This document shows positions 28,552 to 38,291 of a stretch of 64,000 bases of DNA, piece by piece. The stretch lies in sequence record PQ850618.1; one strand, given 5' to 3'. The stretch comes from Escherichia phage ManiWeber_Bas99. The stretch's first letter is position 1. Each line of letters begins with the position of its first letter. The notes under the pieces were generated by a model. It was not told the DNA's origin, searched no databases, and worked only from the letters and a program-made list of their open reading frames with translations. The position numbers were made by a program, and so were the translations under genes.

Positions 28552-28775
28552 ACGGCTTCAACCTGGACGGGTGGCGCGGAACTTGTATCAATGTCTGGCA
28601 AGTCGAAGTAATACCCCGCCATGCCAATCACGCCAACAATCGCGGCCCGTGCCACCTTGTTGCTAATTGACTCCCCAATAAGCTTTACCAACAGGGACAA
28701 GATTTGAGACGTCAAAGCCTTTTTCAGCCTTTTGTTTTCTTCCAAATCTTTCTGCATAACTACCACCCATGTCAA
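28545..28775 (-). CDS. small membrane protein (holin-like candidate)
   Basis: 76 aa with one hydrophobic segment AAIVGVIGMAGYYF; close to the endolysin but on the opposite strand. Confidence 0.35.
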   Translation of the reverse strand: MTWVVVMQKDLEENKRLKKALTSQILSLLVKLIGESISNKVARAAIVGVIGMAGYYFDLPDIDTSSAPPVQVEAVK

Positions 28776-29314
28776 CGCACATCCTGTGTCTTAACATTAC
28801 CTGAAGCATCTCTTAAGGGCAGTGGATAGTAGGCCATTTGGTAGTCTGATACGCCTTCAACATGATAAAACACGATTACGTCTTTGCTGTTGATGAGCAT
28901 GTTAACGACATCTGATTTATCTTCTGGAGTGAGTATGAGTGCGCCGCCTGTCCTGCTGTCTACTGCAACAGGGTATGTCTTGTCGACAAGGCCGCTGTCC
29001 AATGTATTATACCTGACAACGATTTCAGCGGCATCAACTTTTGCAATTGACATTCCGAACACAAACGAAACGACTTGGCGACCGCGATCATTCATTACGC
29101 ACATCTTTTCCTTATCAAACCTTTCCTTTATCACATCATATTTGTTCCAGCAAAATTCGAACGATTGGCCGTTGTTAAAATATCTCGTTAACACTTTGGC
29201 ATTACTATTTGGTGGCGTAAACATACTTTCAGCCGCTGCACTTTTGGTGAAGAACAAGACTGTCAGCATAGCCATGATGGTGATCAAAACAATCTTTAAA
29301 GTTTTCGATTTCAT
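28772..29314 (-). CDS. secreted protein of unknown function
   Basis: 180 aa with N-terminal signal peptide MKSKTLKIVLITIMAMLTVLFFTKSAAA. Confidence 0.5.
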   Translation of the reverse strand: MKSKTLKIVLITIMAMLTVLFFTKSAAAESMFTPPNSNAKVLTRYFNNGQSFEFCWNKYDVIKERFDKEKMCVMNDRGRQVVSFVFGMSIAKVDAAEIVVRYNTLDSGLVDKTYPVAVDSRTGGALILTPEDKSDVVNMLINSKDVIVFYHVEGVSDYQMAYYPLPLRDASGNVKTQDVR

Positions 29315-29385
29315 TATAATTCACCTTTTGATTACGAATATTAATAGTATAGGCCGAAGGTTTTGAAAGTAAATAAGGCGAAAGG

Positions 29386-29418
29386 TAAATAAAAGAAAAG
29401 CCGGAGATTTCCGGCTTT
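29386..29418 (-). terminator. rho-independent terminator after ligase gene
   Basis: Stem AGCCGGA/TCCGGCT with a 4-nt loop and a U-tract on the minus strand. Confidence 0.5.
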
Positions 29419-29490
29419 ATGTATACACTGTATATTAAATTCTATAAAACGACGAGATAGATTATCCGCACCAATTATTTATCTAGTGTC

Positions 29491-30453
29491 TTAAAAATAC
29501 TCCATATCGGTAATATCACGGAAGCATTTATACAAAGCAGAGCGCGGCACGTCGACGATGCCAAAGTTAAAGAATTTATACGTTAGGTATTTATCGCGAT
29601 AGTTCTCGCGATTCTCCCAAAGCATTTTACGCTCTGCCATAGGCATTGAACCAGCGGAGACGCGGAAAGGAATCATTTCACCTTTCTCATCCACATATTT
29701 TGGATTGACGACTACGAATGAGCCAAGGCATCCTTTCGCAACTAAACCTTCAGCCTCTTTTGAACGTTTGGTGCGACCCAATTCGTCAATGAATGCTTCG
29801 TTGTTGTTCTCCATCATCTCAACGAAGTCTATGATCAACCCTTCTTCATCGGTCCACGGCTTGTCCTTCCACACATCACGTGACTTCGGCGTCGCGCGCC
29901 CATGCTTATATTTGCCCGTCCAAGACTTGCCATACAAGCCTTCATATCCAAGCTGGTCTGCTTCGATTTGCATCGCCGCGTACTGTTCCATATTTTCGAT
30001 GTTTCGATATTCGAGAGCGCGAAGGAATGGGCGTCGACCATGGTTGATGAGATGTTGATTAACTTCAGCAACTCTAGCTCGATAGTTTGCATAACGCTTT
30101 TCAAAAGGCAGATCAGGGTCGCTGAAGTCATCAAACACCCACCATGTAAAGTTAGTGATTGCATCAGTATTCATGCATGCAGTATAGGCCTGTTGCATGA
30201 CGTTCTTATCATTTGGATTGCCGTCGATTAGCTCTCCATCAAGTCCGTGAATTAGTTCACCCAAAAAGAGGAACTCTTTTTTGATTTGAACGTTGCGCAA
30301 CGGCATGCCGGAAGTGCCCATTGGCAAGTTGTCATACGCCATTGCACGTATGCCATCGACCTTGAATGACAGTCCGCAAGGCAGCGGCACGTCCTCGCCG
30401 CGCTCGATAATCTGCTTACGTTGGCAACCCTTCATTGGTTTTAATGCTGTCAT
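29491..30453 (-). CDS. ATP-dependent DNA ligase
   Basis: 320 aa; nucleotidyltransferase motif I KVDGIR and DGELIDG. Confidence 0.65.
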   Translation of the reverse strand: MTALKPMKGCQRKQIIERGEDVPLPCGLSFKVDGIRAMAYDNLPMGTSGMPLRNVQIKKEFLFLGELIHGLDGELIDGNPNDKNVMQQAYTACMNTDAITNFTWWVFDDFSDPDLPFEKRYANYRARVAEVNQHLINHGRRPFLRALEYRNIENMEQYAAMQIEADQLGYEGLYGKSWTGKYKHGRATPKSRDVWKDKPWTDEEGLIIDFVEMMENNNEAFIDELGRTKRSKEAEGLVAKGCLGSFVVVNPKYVDEKGEMIPFRVSAGSMPMAERKMLWENRENYRDKYLTYKFFNFGIVDVPRSALYKCFRDITDMEYF

Positions 30454-30455
30454 AA

Positions 30456-31079
30456 TTATTGTCCTGTAACTTCTCTGATCACACGGTCTTCAAGTTCCAG
30501 CTTCTTTACCATTTTGCAGGAGTGCTCATAAGCCTGATCAGTCGATTTGATGAATGTGCCGTTGTACATGACACCTTTTCGGTCTTTAATGTCTTCGTAG
30601 GCAGCTTGCGCACAGTCGGATAAGCGAAGGCCATAATCATGAGCTACGCCGGAAAGGTAATCGACTGCGGCCATGATGGTCACGTCAATATCCATGGTCT
30701 GATTCTTAGCGATTGCATCACCAAGTCGTCCAAGGGTCTTTGCCAGGCGAAGGATAAATGAATGAGGGTGAGCACCTTTATCAGCGCAACCGCCGCCATT
30801 AATGTTTTCGATTTCAGTACCGTTTTGCGCTGCCAGGATGGTCAACACAACAAGGCAATCGCCGATGTCATCCTTAATTGCGGCCTGCAAGTCACAGATG
30901 GCCTGCTCTGTATATCCAATTTCAGGGTCAAAGAACACAAGGTCATGTAATTGATCAACGTGGTCTGTCAACTCCCCAAACTCGCTAATAAGCTTCGGGT
31001 ATTGGTCCTTAAGGTCGCAGCCTTGGATGATGTTACGGTCAGAAGCCCACTGGCGAATGTTTGCATAAATCTGGTTCAT
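30456..31079 (-). CDS. MazG-like nucleotide pyrophosphohydrolase
   Basis: 207 aa; ISEFGELTDHV and DDIGDCLVVLTILAA resemble MazG/HisE acidic helix motifs. Confidence 0.45.
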   Translation of the reverse strand: MNQIYANIRQWASDRNIIQGCDLKDQYPKLISEFGELTDHVDQLHDLVFFDPEIGYTEQAICDLQAAIKDDIGDCLVVLTILAAQNGTEIENINGGGCADKGAHPHSFILRLAKTLGRLGDAIAKNQTMDIDVTIMAAVDYLSGVAHDYGLRLSDCAQAAYEDIKDRKGVMYNGTFIKSTDQAYEHSCKMVKKLELEDRVIREVTGQ

Positions 31080-31594
31080 TTATTTTCCTTTGATGCATTG
31101 AATTGATCGATTTTAATTTTAGCCTGATTATAAGTATCAATCAAGCTATTAACTTTCTCTTTTAATCGATTTGTTTCTGCGGCGAACTGAACAAGAAATC
31201 TGACATCCTCTTCTGATAGTCCACAGTTTCCTTCTGGGATAGAGAGGCGTCCAGTGGTCGCAGAGTCGGGCACACTCCTGAGTAACTCACGGGAGCAGCT
31301 GAGTTGCTCGCGCAACTTGACATTCCCAGACTTGTAACGAGCAATAGTGCCATCAGCAACCAGTTGCGCTTCCTGGCGACCCTTCTCATATGCCGATGCC
31401 GATTCAACCTGTAAAGTTGCAATTTGCTCTTCGAGTGCATTTATCTTGTCCTTACGCTCATTAAGCGATGTCAGATATTGATTATACTTGGCCAGTGATG
31501 CGTTGGTTTGCTGCAGGTCTTCAACGTATGATCCAGCGGCAAACGCGCCAACAAGGGCCAGAATCTTCAGGAGCGGTACAATTCTTTCTATCAT
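31076..31594 (-). CDS. Rz: i-spanin (Rz-like)
   Basis: 172 aa; N-terminal transmembrane segment then coiled-coil region; contains an embedded out-of-frame lipoprotein ORF. Confidence 0.55.
   Translation of the reverse strand: MIERIVPLLKILALVGAFAAGSYVEDLQQTNASLAKYNQYLTSLNERKDKINALEEQIATLQVESASAYEKGRQEAQLVADGTIARYKSGNVKLREQLSCSRELLRSVPDSATTGRLSIPEGNCGLSEEDVRFLVQFAAETNRLKEKVNSLIDTYNQAKIKIDQFNASKENK
31162..31389 (-). CDS. Rz1: o-spanin (Rz1-like) embedded in the i-spanin gene
   Basis: Alternate frame within Rz; MRRVARKRN + hydrophobic stretch + relaxed lipobox GMSS-C, then short Pro-containing mature peptide. Confidence 0.45.
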   Translation of the reverse strand: MRRVARKRNWLLMALLLVTSLGMSSCASNSAAPVSYSGVCPTLRPLDASLSQKETVDYQKRMSDFLFSSPQKQID

Positions 31595-31651
31595 GATGCA
31601 CCAGATAAATAAAAGGCCGCCAATCGGCAGCCTTGTTGATTTGATTGTCGA

Positions 31652-32512
31652 TTAAAACTCTTCTGCGTCGGTCGGAGTTTCATTGACAGGACCAGCGGCA
31701 CCGCTTGCTTCTTCCTGCTTGCTGCGGTCAATGTTAACATTGCCGCCAACTACGTCGTTGTGGAATGCCTTGGCGACTTCGTACAGGCCTTTGTCCTGCA
31801 CCAGACCTTCCAGCTCAAACTTCAGAACAGACCAGGTGTTGCCGTCTTTGGACTGGGATGCAGTGCCCATGCGAACGATGTTCATAAAGGTCGGCGGCGT
31901 TTTCAGACCCTGCGGAGTCTGAACTTTCTTCTGCTGCAGAGCGGTCATCAGCATGCGAGACGGCTTGATCATGGAAGAAGTCAGAGACAGCATTGCGCTA
32001 CCAAATTCACCAGTTTCTTCGTTCAACAGAATTACGAAGTGGTTGCGTGTATCTGCGTAGTAAGGAGATTTCTTCTCGTGCACCTTGCCGTTTTCGTCCG
32101 GCACGAATACCTTACCGTTGATCTCAACAGCGCGGCCTGCTGCGACTTCTGCATCAACGTGCTCTTTGGTGAATTCACCTTTAAAGCCTTTATCGTCGGA
32201 CTCGCGACCGCCCCAAAGAATGAAGGTGCGTTTGAATGCGCAAGGGATGATCTGCACGCCTTTCTTGCCGTCATACAACTCACCAGTAACGGTGTTGTAA
32301 AGCATGCCAGCTTTTGCGCCAGGAACGTGTTTCGGATCATCTTCGTCGACCATAGGAGACATCTTCTGCAGTACGACGATAAAAGGAATGGCATACGCAT
32401 CGGCATCGGCACCTTCAAAACCAGCGCCAAAATCGGTCATGTCGACAAAATCAGCCATAGCGGACATCTGGGTGTTTTTCACTGCAACTTCGGTGGTTTC
32501 TTTCTTAGACAT
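31652..32512 (-). CDS. ssDNA-binding / annealing protein candidate
   Basis: 286 aa; Gly-rich, acidic C-terminal tail ending ...TDAEEF as in T7 gp2.5-type SSBs; in the replication module. Confidence 0.4.
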   Translation of the reverse strand: MSKKETTEVAVKNTQMSAMADFVDMTDFGAGFEGADADAYAIPFIVVLQKMSPMVDEDDPKHVPGAKAGMLYNTVTGELYDGKKGVQIIPCAFKRTFILWGGRESDDKGFKGEFTKEHVDAEVAAGRAVEINGKVFVPDENGKVHEKKSPYYADTRNHFVILLNEETGEFGSAMLSLTSSMIKPSRMLMTALQQKKVQTPQGLKTPPTFMNIVRMGTASQSKDGNTWSVLKFELEGLVQDKGLYEVAKAFHNDVVGGNVNIDRSKQEEASGAAGPVNETPTDAEEF

Positions 32513-32571
32513 TTGATATTTTCCTATAGTATCAAGTTTCGTGGCAACCTGATTTCAAGATAAAGGTTAAA

Positions 32572-33129
32572 TTACTTTTTGCTTTTAGGCAAGGTTATTT
32601 TAGCTTCTTTGTATTCAAAAACGCTAATATCTTCACTAACTGGATTGCCCGCTTCCAGCTGTTCTTTTACAAACGACTTCAGTGTAGCAGAATGAACGCC
32701 TTGTTTCAACGTGGCTTCAACACCATCTTCACGCAGCGCGGCAACAATCTCTTGCGCCTGTTCGATTTCTTCGCGACCGAACTCAGCCGTGACGCTGGAC
32801 TTGATCAAGCCGCCGTAACCGTTGTTGACAAGCCAATCGAAAACTTTTAATTCGTTTTCTTTCTTGATTGAAGCGTTCACCTTGGACTCGACCTTGATTT
32901 TGGTCTTGTCCTCAAGCTTGATTTCGGACACGCCAAGCTCATCCATAACGCCAGGAAGCAGAACAGTTTTGATTTCACTGATTCGCTGCTTTTGCATATC
33001 AGCTTCATCTTCAAGCTCTGTCAAAGCTTCTTGGCGTTCTGCCAGTTCAGATACTAAGCGCGCAAGGCGCTCTTGAATGCTCTCAGGAGCGACCTGCGGC
33101 AAATCATCTTCCCAATTAATATTGCTCAT
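32572..33129 (-). CDS. hypothetical coiled-coil protein
   Basis: 185 aa acidic ORF. Confidence 0.45.
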   Translation of the reverse strand: MSNINWEDDLPQVAPESIQERLARLVSELAERQEALTELEDEADMQKQRISEIKTVLLPGVMDELGVSEIKLEDKTKIKVESKVNASIKKENELKVFDWLVNNGYGGLIKSSVTAEFGREEIEQAQEIVAALREDGVEATLKQGVHSATLKSFVKEQLEAGNPVSEDISVFEYKEAKITLPKSKK

Positions 33130-33446
33130 ATTTTACCTTCTTGCATTAGCCCTTCAACACGGGTCATTTGATAACGTTCAGGTTTCCAAGCCGCCAAAGC
33201 CTTCTCAGCGCCTTTCAATGTTTTATATGCCTTGATGCCAGGCATAATAACGGTATTCACCCCAGCACCGTTGCCATAATCAAACTCTTTAACAACGCGG
33301 AACATCCCGTCAATTTCTTTGACCAAAAGACGTTTGAAAGCGATTGCACCAGTAGCTTCATTTTTTGTAACGTTCAAGGATGCGTACCATTTTGTATTCC
33401 TCTGTTTCGTTTCGATGAAGTAATTATGACTCATCTTCCGTGACAA
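33126..33446 (-). CDS. hypothetical protein
   Basis: 106 aa ORF overlapping the downstream start. Confidence 0.45.
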   Translation of the reverse strand: MSRKMSHNYFIETKQRNTKWYASLNVTKNEATGAIAFKRLLVKEIDGMFRVVKEFDYGNGAGVNTVIMPGIKAYKTLKGAEKALAAWKPERYQMTRVEGLMQEGKI

Positions 33447-33464
33447 GTCAAATTATTTTTGATA

Positions 33465-34988
33465 TTAATTCATCTTTTTGCCGTCGAGGATGTGATCAGC
33501 AAGCATAGACTTCATACTTAATGAACGCTGAATTTCTTCGTCGATGGTATCAACACCAATAAAATCAACATACAACACGCTTGATTTTGTGCCGATTCGG
33601 TGATTTCGGTCTTCAGATTGCTTGCGCAACTCGTTGTCATAGTTGCAAGAATAATAGATTGCCAAGTCGGCGGCGGTAAGCGTGATACCGATTCCTGCCG
33701 CTGCAGCGTGACAAACAAGCACTTGCGTCCCACCGTTCTCGACTGTGTTCTTCTGGAAGTCATCAATCAAGAACTCGCGCTGCTCTTTTGACGTCTCACC
33801 GTTATATACACCAGTGACCACTCCTTCAGACTCAAGCCAATCCTTAATCTGGTTCATCTCTTCCTTAAAGATGGCCCAAACAATGAATTTGCGCTCTGGG
33901 TCGTCTTCCAGCACCCCTTCCACATAGTCCTTAAAGGCCGTGAATCGTGGGTTGTCTTCCATGTAGACCATCTCATCATACACCTTAACAAAGCCTGATG
34001 TAACCTGCTTCATCTTAGTGCGAGATGCGATCATCTCAAACTTAACGTTTTCTTCTTCGCCCTTGTATTCCATCAAATAGTTGTACTCATTCTTGAGTTC
34101 ATCGTAGACATCGCGTTGTTTAGGCGACAGCTCGAAGTCGATAAACTTATACACCTTCTCTGGAAGGTCAGGCAAGTATTCCGCTTTTGTCGCACGAAAA
34201 TAGTGCGGTTCCATCAGCCGGATAAGCTTGTCAAGGTTTTTGTACATCGGTCGGCCAAACTGGTCTTTGCGCGGCACTTGCGGAATCCCATAGCCATTGC
34301 CGCCGATTTTCTTGAGGATGGCTTGCATTTCTGGGTCGTGCGCTTCAAGTAGCACAGTGAATTCAGAGTTGAAGGCGCGGAAAGATTTGGTGCCGAGCAA
34401 GCCTGCTTCAAGGAAGTGATATTGCATGTAAATATCCGCAGGCGAGCGCGGCAGCGGCGTGCCAGAAAGGATTCGACGGGCCTTTGCCAGCCGACCCAAT
34501 TCCACGACCTTGATGGAGCGTTTTGCTGTGTTATTTTTGATGCGAGTCGATTCATCAATGATCATCAGGCAGCGGTATTTCTTCAAGACCGACTCGATGT
34601 GTTGATAACCTACTGGTGTGTTGACGGTATCGATGTTGAATGAGAAGATGCGCGCAGGCACTTCGCCTTCAGGGTAGTGATCAGCAAACATCTTCTCCCA
34701 AAGCGCCTTGCCCTTTTTAGTCTTCATCTTGTCGTTGCCGCGCCAGTAGTGCCCAATCCACTTGATGGAAAGGTGTTCTGGTGCTTCACGACGAATCCAG
34801 TTGGAGTGGACACCGTTTGGAGCGATGACGACCATGGCATCGAACGCGCCAGCAGTGAAGTGCTTTTCAAACTCTGCCAAAGCGGTCCAAGTTTTACCAA
34901 GACCCTGTTCCATGAAATAGGCAAAGTATTTTCTGCGGCCTGCTTTATCAAGCGCCAGAAGCTGGTGGCGCATCCCTTGTGTTTTCAT
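33465..34988 (-). CDS. SNF2-family helicase
   Basis: 507 aa; GLGKT Walker A, DExx box LMIIDESTRI, and a C-terminal helicase region. Confidence 0.7.
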   Translation of the reverse strand: MKTQGMRHQLLALDKAGRRKYFAYFMEQGLGKTWTALAEFEKHFTAGAFDAMVVIAPNGVHSNWIRREAPEHLSIKWIGHYWRGNDKMKTKKGKALWEKMFADHYPEGEVPARIFSFNIDTVNTPVGYQHIESVLKKYRCLMIIDESTRIKNNTAKRSIKVVELGRLAKARRILSGTPLPRSPADIYMQYHFLEAGLLGTKSFRAFNSEFTVLLEAHDPEMQAILKKIGGNGYGIPQVPRKDQFGRPMYKNLDKLIRLMEPHYFRATKAEYLPDLPEKVYKFIDFELSPKQRDVYDELKNEYNYLMEYKGEEENVKFEMIASRTKMKQVTSGFVKVYDEMVYMEDNPRFTAFKDYVEGVLEDDPERKFIVWAIFKEEMNQIKDWLESEGVVTGVYNGETSKEQREFLIDDFQKNTVENGGTQVLVCHAAAAGIGITLTAADLAIYYSCNYDNELRKQSEDRNHRIGTKSSVLYVDFIGVDTIDEEIQRSLSMKSMLADHILDGKKMN

Positions 34989-35407
34989 GACAATTCCTCT
35001 AAATACTTGATGATGTGATGGATGGACCCGCTCGCGGCGACCATAGCCAGAATCTCATGCTTAGTATATTCTTTTAATCGCAATGAAGGGTGAACTAAAT
35101 AATAAGCCTTTTCAGAGTCCACCTTCAGCAACACGAATGACGAGAATTTCCAATCACTCCAAGAAGTCAAAAAGCTTTGTTGACCTTTCTCAAATGCGCT
35201 CTTGAAAGGAAGAGTGGTGGCCCTTGCAGGCCACGATTCAAAGAACTTCATTTCAAGCCAAAAGCCGCGCCCTTTCCGGTTGGTGCCGATTACGTCCGGC
35301 ACACCATCACCCGTCATTGATTCGATTCTTTGAAGCTTCAAGATTGATTCTGAATGCTTCTTCAAAGGCACGAATATGTATTTCTGTTCACGGTTATTTG
35401 TTGCCAT
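34985..35407 (-). CDS. VRR-NUC / PD-(D/E)xK nuclease
   Basis: About 140 aa; GVPDVIG...GFWLEMKF gives a D..E.K catalytic arrangement; ATGA overlap with the SNF2 gene. Confidence 0.55.
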   Translation of the reverse strand: MATNNREQKYIFVPLKKHSESILKLQRIESMTGDGVPDVIGTNRKGRGFWLEMKFFESWPARATTLPFKSAFEKGQQSFLTSWSDWKFSSFVLLKVDSEKAYYLVHPSLRLKEYTKHEILAMVAASGSIHHIIKYLEELS

Positions 35408-38291
35408 CTGGATACACCTGTTTGATAACGTCGACGATGAACATGTCAATGCCTTCAAGTTTGCGGCCTTTCATCAGGAAGAATGCGCCGTTCCCGACGT
35501 TCTCTGCAATGTATTTCCCGTATTTCTGGAACTTCTCTGGACGAATCCTGAAGCGCATTGGCGAGTCGGTCGAATCGTCCTTGCACATAAGGTCAATGAA
35601 CTGAGTCTCAAGCTTGTTTCCATACTGGTCAAACTCTGCGTAGCGGCCATCAGCTTGAAGACCCTTTTTAAGTTTGCCGTGCTTTGTATAAATGCCGCGC
35701 TCAAGACGTTTACGGATGCGTGTCGCTTCGTTCTCGTCAGCCAGCACTTTCTTGGTCAACTTGCCGATCACTATTGCACGCTCGTCATCGCCGACTTCCT
35801 TCATCTGGCGTATTGAAGCACCGGAAGTAACGCCAATCAGATAGGGGTCATTATATGCCCATCCGAACTTTGTGTGCATCTCTGTAAGGTCGCCGTATTT
35901 GACTTCAGCATTGGCCAATGCATCCTTTTGCTTTTGCGTTAAGGTTCCGGCTTCACGTGCTTCGATATACTTCATTGCCTTCACCATGCCATATCCTTTT
36001 GCGTTCATGATGCCGCCGATTAGCTTTCCGTTAGCGATGGTCCAGTTCATTGAAGAGTGGTCAGGGTCGATTGGCACATAATCCACGCCTTCCTTCGCAA
36101 GTTCACGTAATATCGCAATCGTCTGGTCTTCGTCCTTAGCAGCGCGTAAGCAGGCAGCGGCAAATTCCAACGGGTAGTGTCGCTTAAGCCACAAGGTCCA
36201 GTAGGTCACGACCGCGTATGATACGGAGTGTGACTTGTTAAAGCCCCATGACCCGAACGTCGCCATCGCTTGCCAAAGCTTTCTTGCATCCGCTTCCGGT
36301 ACGCCGTTATTTATTGCTCCTGCAACGAAGTCTTCGCCAAGCTTGTTAAAGTATTCCTCACCCTTACGACCTGACATCGCCTTACGTACAGCGGATGTTT
36401 TCGCCCAGTCAAATGAACCAATCTCTTTAACCACGGCCATGATTTGCTCTTGGTAAAGAAACACGCCGTAAGTCTCTTTTAAGTACGGCTCAAGCTGCGG
36501 CACGTCGTACTCAATCGGCGCACGTCCTGCCGCGCGTTCAATGTATTTCTGGGCCATACCGGACGACAACGGGCCAGGTCGGCCAAGTGCTGTCAGGTTA
36601 TCGATTTTGTTAAAGTTATCAACGTGCACAAAGTTGGTTACTGAGCGTACAGCGTCGCCTTCAAACTGGAAGATGCCTGACATCTTGTTTTCGTTAAGGA
36701 TGTCAAGGACGCTTTGGTCATCAAGCTTGATTCCGTACAGCGTTTCAGCATCTATCACGCCAGTATCAGAAATGATTCCGAGAGTACGAAGGCCCAGCGC
36801 ATCAAGCTTCAAAAGGTTTAGGTATTCGCTGTCAGGCTTATCGATTTGCGCAATACCTTCTGCAGTTACAGTACAGTAATCAGAGATTGGGTCATTACAC
36901 ACAATGATTCCCGCTGCGTGAACACCTGTGTGAGACGGGTGAATCTCAAGGTCACCCATGCAACGCGCGGCGTCAGGATATTTCGCCACAAACTCTTGGC
37001 CCGTGGTCGTTGTTGCAAAGGTATCCTCCAGGCCGTGACCATAACGGGCGTCACCGGATGAGTATTCAAGCAGTGCGTTTTTAATGTTGGCCGTTTCGTG
37101 GTATCCAATGTTGAACTTCTTACCAACCTGCGCCATTACTGAGTTGGCCTTAAGCGTGTTGATGTTGCCAAGCTTTGCAACGTTCATTTCGCCATATTTC
37201 TCTTTAAGATAATCAAACACCATGTAGCGTTTGGTATCTTCAAAGTCGATGTCGATGTCAGGAAGGTCGGCGCGGCTTACGTCGATGAATCGGGCAAACA
37301 GCAGCTTATACGGGATTGGGTCCACTTCCGTGATGCCGAGGCAATAGCAAACAAGTGAACCAGCCGATGAGCCGCGCGCAGGACCGACGAGCATTTTTGT
37401 TTTTGCGAATCGCACAAGGTCCGCTACCACCAGAAAGTATGAGTCGAAATCTTTCAGCTGAATCTGGTGAATCTCTTCGTTGAAGCGGTCCTCATATTCC
37501 TGAGTCCATTCTTTGATGTGACCTGCTTTTAGACGGTACTCCATCCCCTCACGAGCAAGCTTTACCATGTCACCAGCAAGGTGAATAATCGGTGCCTTAC
37601 GCAATTTCAAGTCAAGTCCGACTATGCCGTTTGCTATGTCAACAGCATTGGCCGTTGCCTGATCAAGTTCATCTTCAGTCAAGATGCCTTTAAGCTGTTT
37701 GCGCAAATCTTCCACGTCAACGATGCAATGCGGCTTGACCGTGTCGCGCACTTCCCAAGCATAAGCAAAGTCAACGTGCTCAGGTGAAGGCATGTGGTTG
37801 TATCCGGTTAAAACCAGCGGCCTTCCACCGCTACGATGAGCCAATGCCTGGCGCTTTGCCAAAAGGAACGATGATGGGTTGACGTCTATATAGTCGTAGT
37901 CCTCTGGCCGCAGCAACTCCACGGCACCGCCACAGAATTTAACGACGCCATCGAGCGCACCGAACTCTGCACGGGTAAGCCCACCGCGCTGCGTTGAAAG
38001 TGTTGTAGCGTTGTAAAAAGATTTTAAGTCAAGGGCCAATATCCAAGCCTTCGGTTTGAATCCCTTTTTCGGGTCCGCATCAGGGTCGATGATTGGAATC
38101 TCCATCCCAAACATAGGCTTAATATCATTTTTCTGGCATTCCTTTTCCCAGCGAACGTGACCCCATGTGTTGTTATCAACTAATGCCGCGACTTCGCAGC
38201 CCAACTCTTTGAGCCGTGCTATAATTTCAGGATGCCGTCCATAAACTTCTTTGAACGTGTAACCGCTGCGAACTCTCAATTGTGGAAACAT
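35394..38291 (-). CDS. dnaE: DNA polymerase III alpha-type (DnaE-like)
   Basis: 965 aa; N-terminal PHP-like region; GPARGSSAGSLVCYCLGITEVDP and DIDIDFE match conserved DnaE motifs. Confidence 0.8.
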   Translation of the reverse strand: MFPQLRVRSGYTFKEVYGRHPEIIARLKELGCEVAALVDNNTWGHVRWEKECQKNDIKPMFGMEIPIIDPDADPKKGFKPKAWILALDLKSFYNATTLSTQRGGLTRAEFGALDGVVKFCGGAVELLRPEDYDYIDVNPSSFLLAKRQALAHRSGGRPLVLTGYNHMPSPEHVDFAYAWEVRDTVKPHCIVDVEDLRKQLKGILTEDELDQATANAVDIANGIVGLDLKLRKAPIIHLAGDMVKLAREGMEYRLKAGHIKEWTQEYEDRFNEEIHQIQLKDFDSYFLVVADLVRFAKTKMLVGPARGSSAGSLVCYCLGITEVDPIPYKLLFARFIDVSRADLPDIDIDFEDTKRYMVFDYLKEKYGEMNVAKLGNINTLKANSVMAQVGKKFNIGYHETANIKNALLEYSSGDARYGHGLEDTFATTTTGQEFVAKYPDAARCMGDLEIHPSHTGVHAAGIIVCNDPISDYCTVTAEGIAQIDKPDSEYLNLLKLDALGLRTLGIISDTGVIDAETLYGIKLDDQSVLDILNENKMSGIFQFEGDAVRSVTNFVHVDNFNKIDNLTALGRPGPLSSGMAQKYIERAAGRAPIEYDVPQLEPYLKETYGVFLYQEQIMAVVKEIGSFDWAKTSAVRKAMSGRKGEEYFNKLGEDFVAGAINNGVPEADARKLWQAMATFGSWGFNKSHSVSYAVVTYWTLWLKRHYPLEFAAACLRAAKDEDQTIAILRELAKEGVDYVPIDPDHSSMNWTIANGKLIGGIMNAKGYGMVKAMKYIEAREAGTLTQKQKDALANAEVKYGDLTEMHTKFGWAYNDPYLIGVTSGASIRQMKEVGDDERAIVIGKLTKKVLADENEATRIRKRLERGIYTKHGKLKKGLQADGRYAEFDQYGNKLETQFIDLMCKDDSTDSPMRFRIRPEKFQKYGKYIAENVGNGAFFLMKGRKLEGIDMFIVDVIKQVYPDGNK

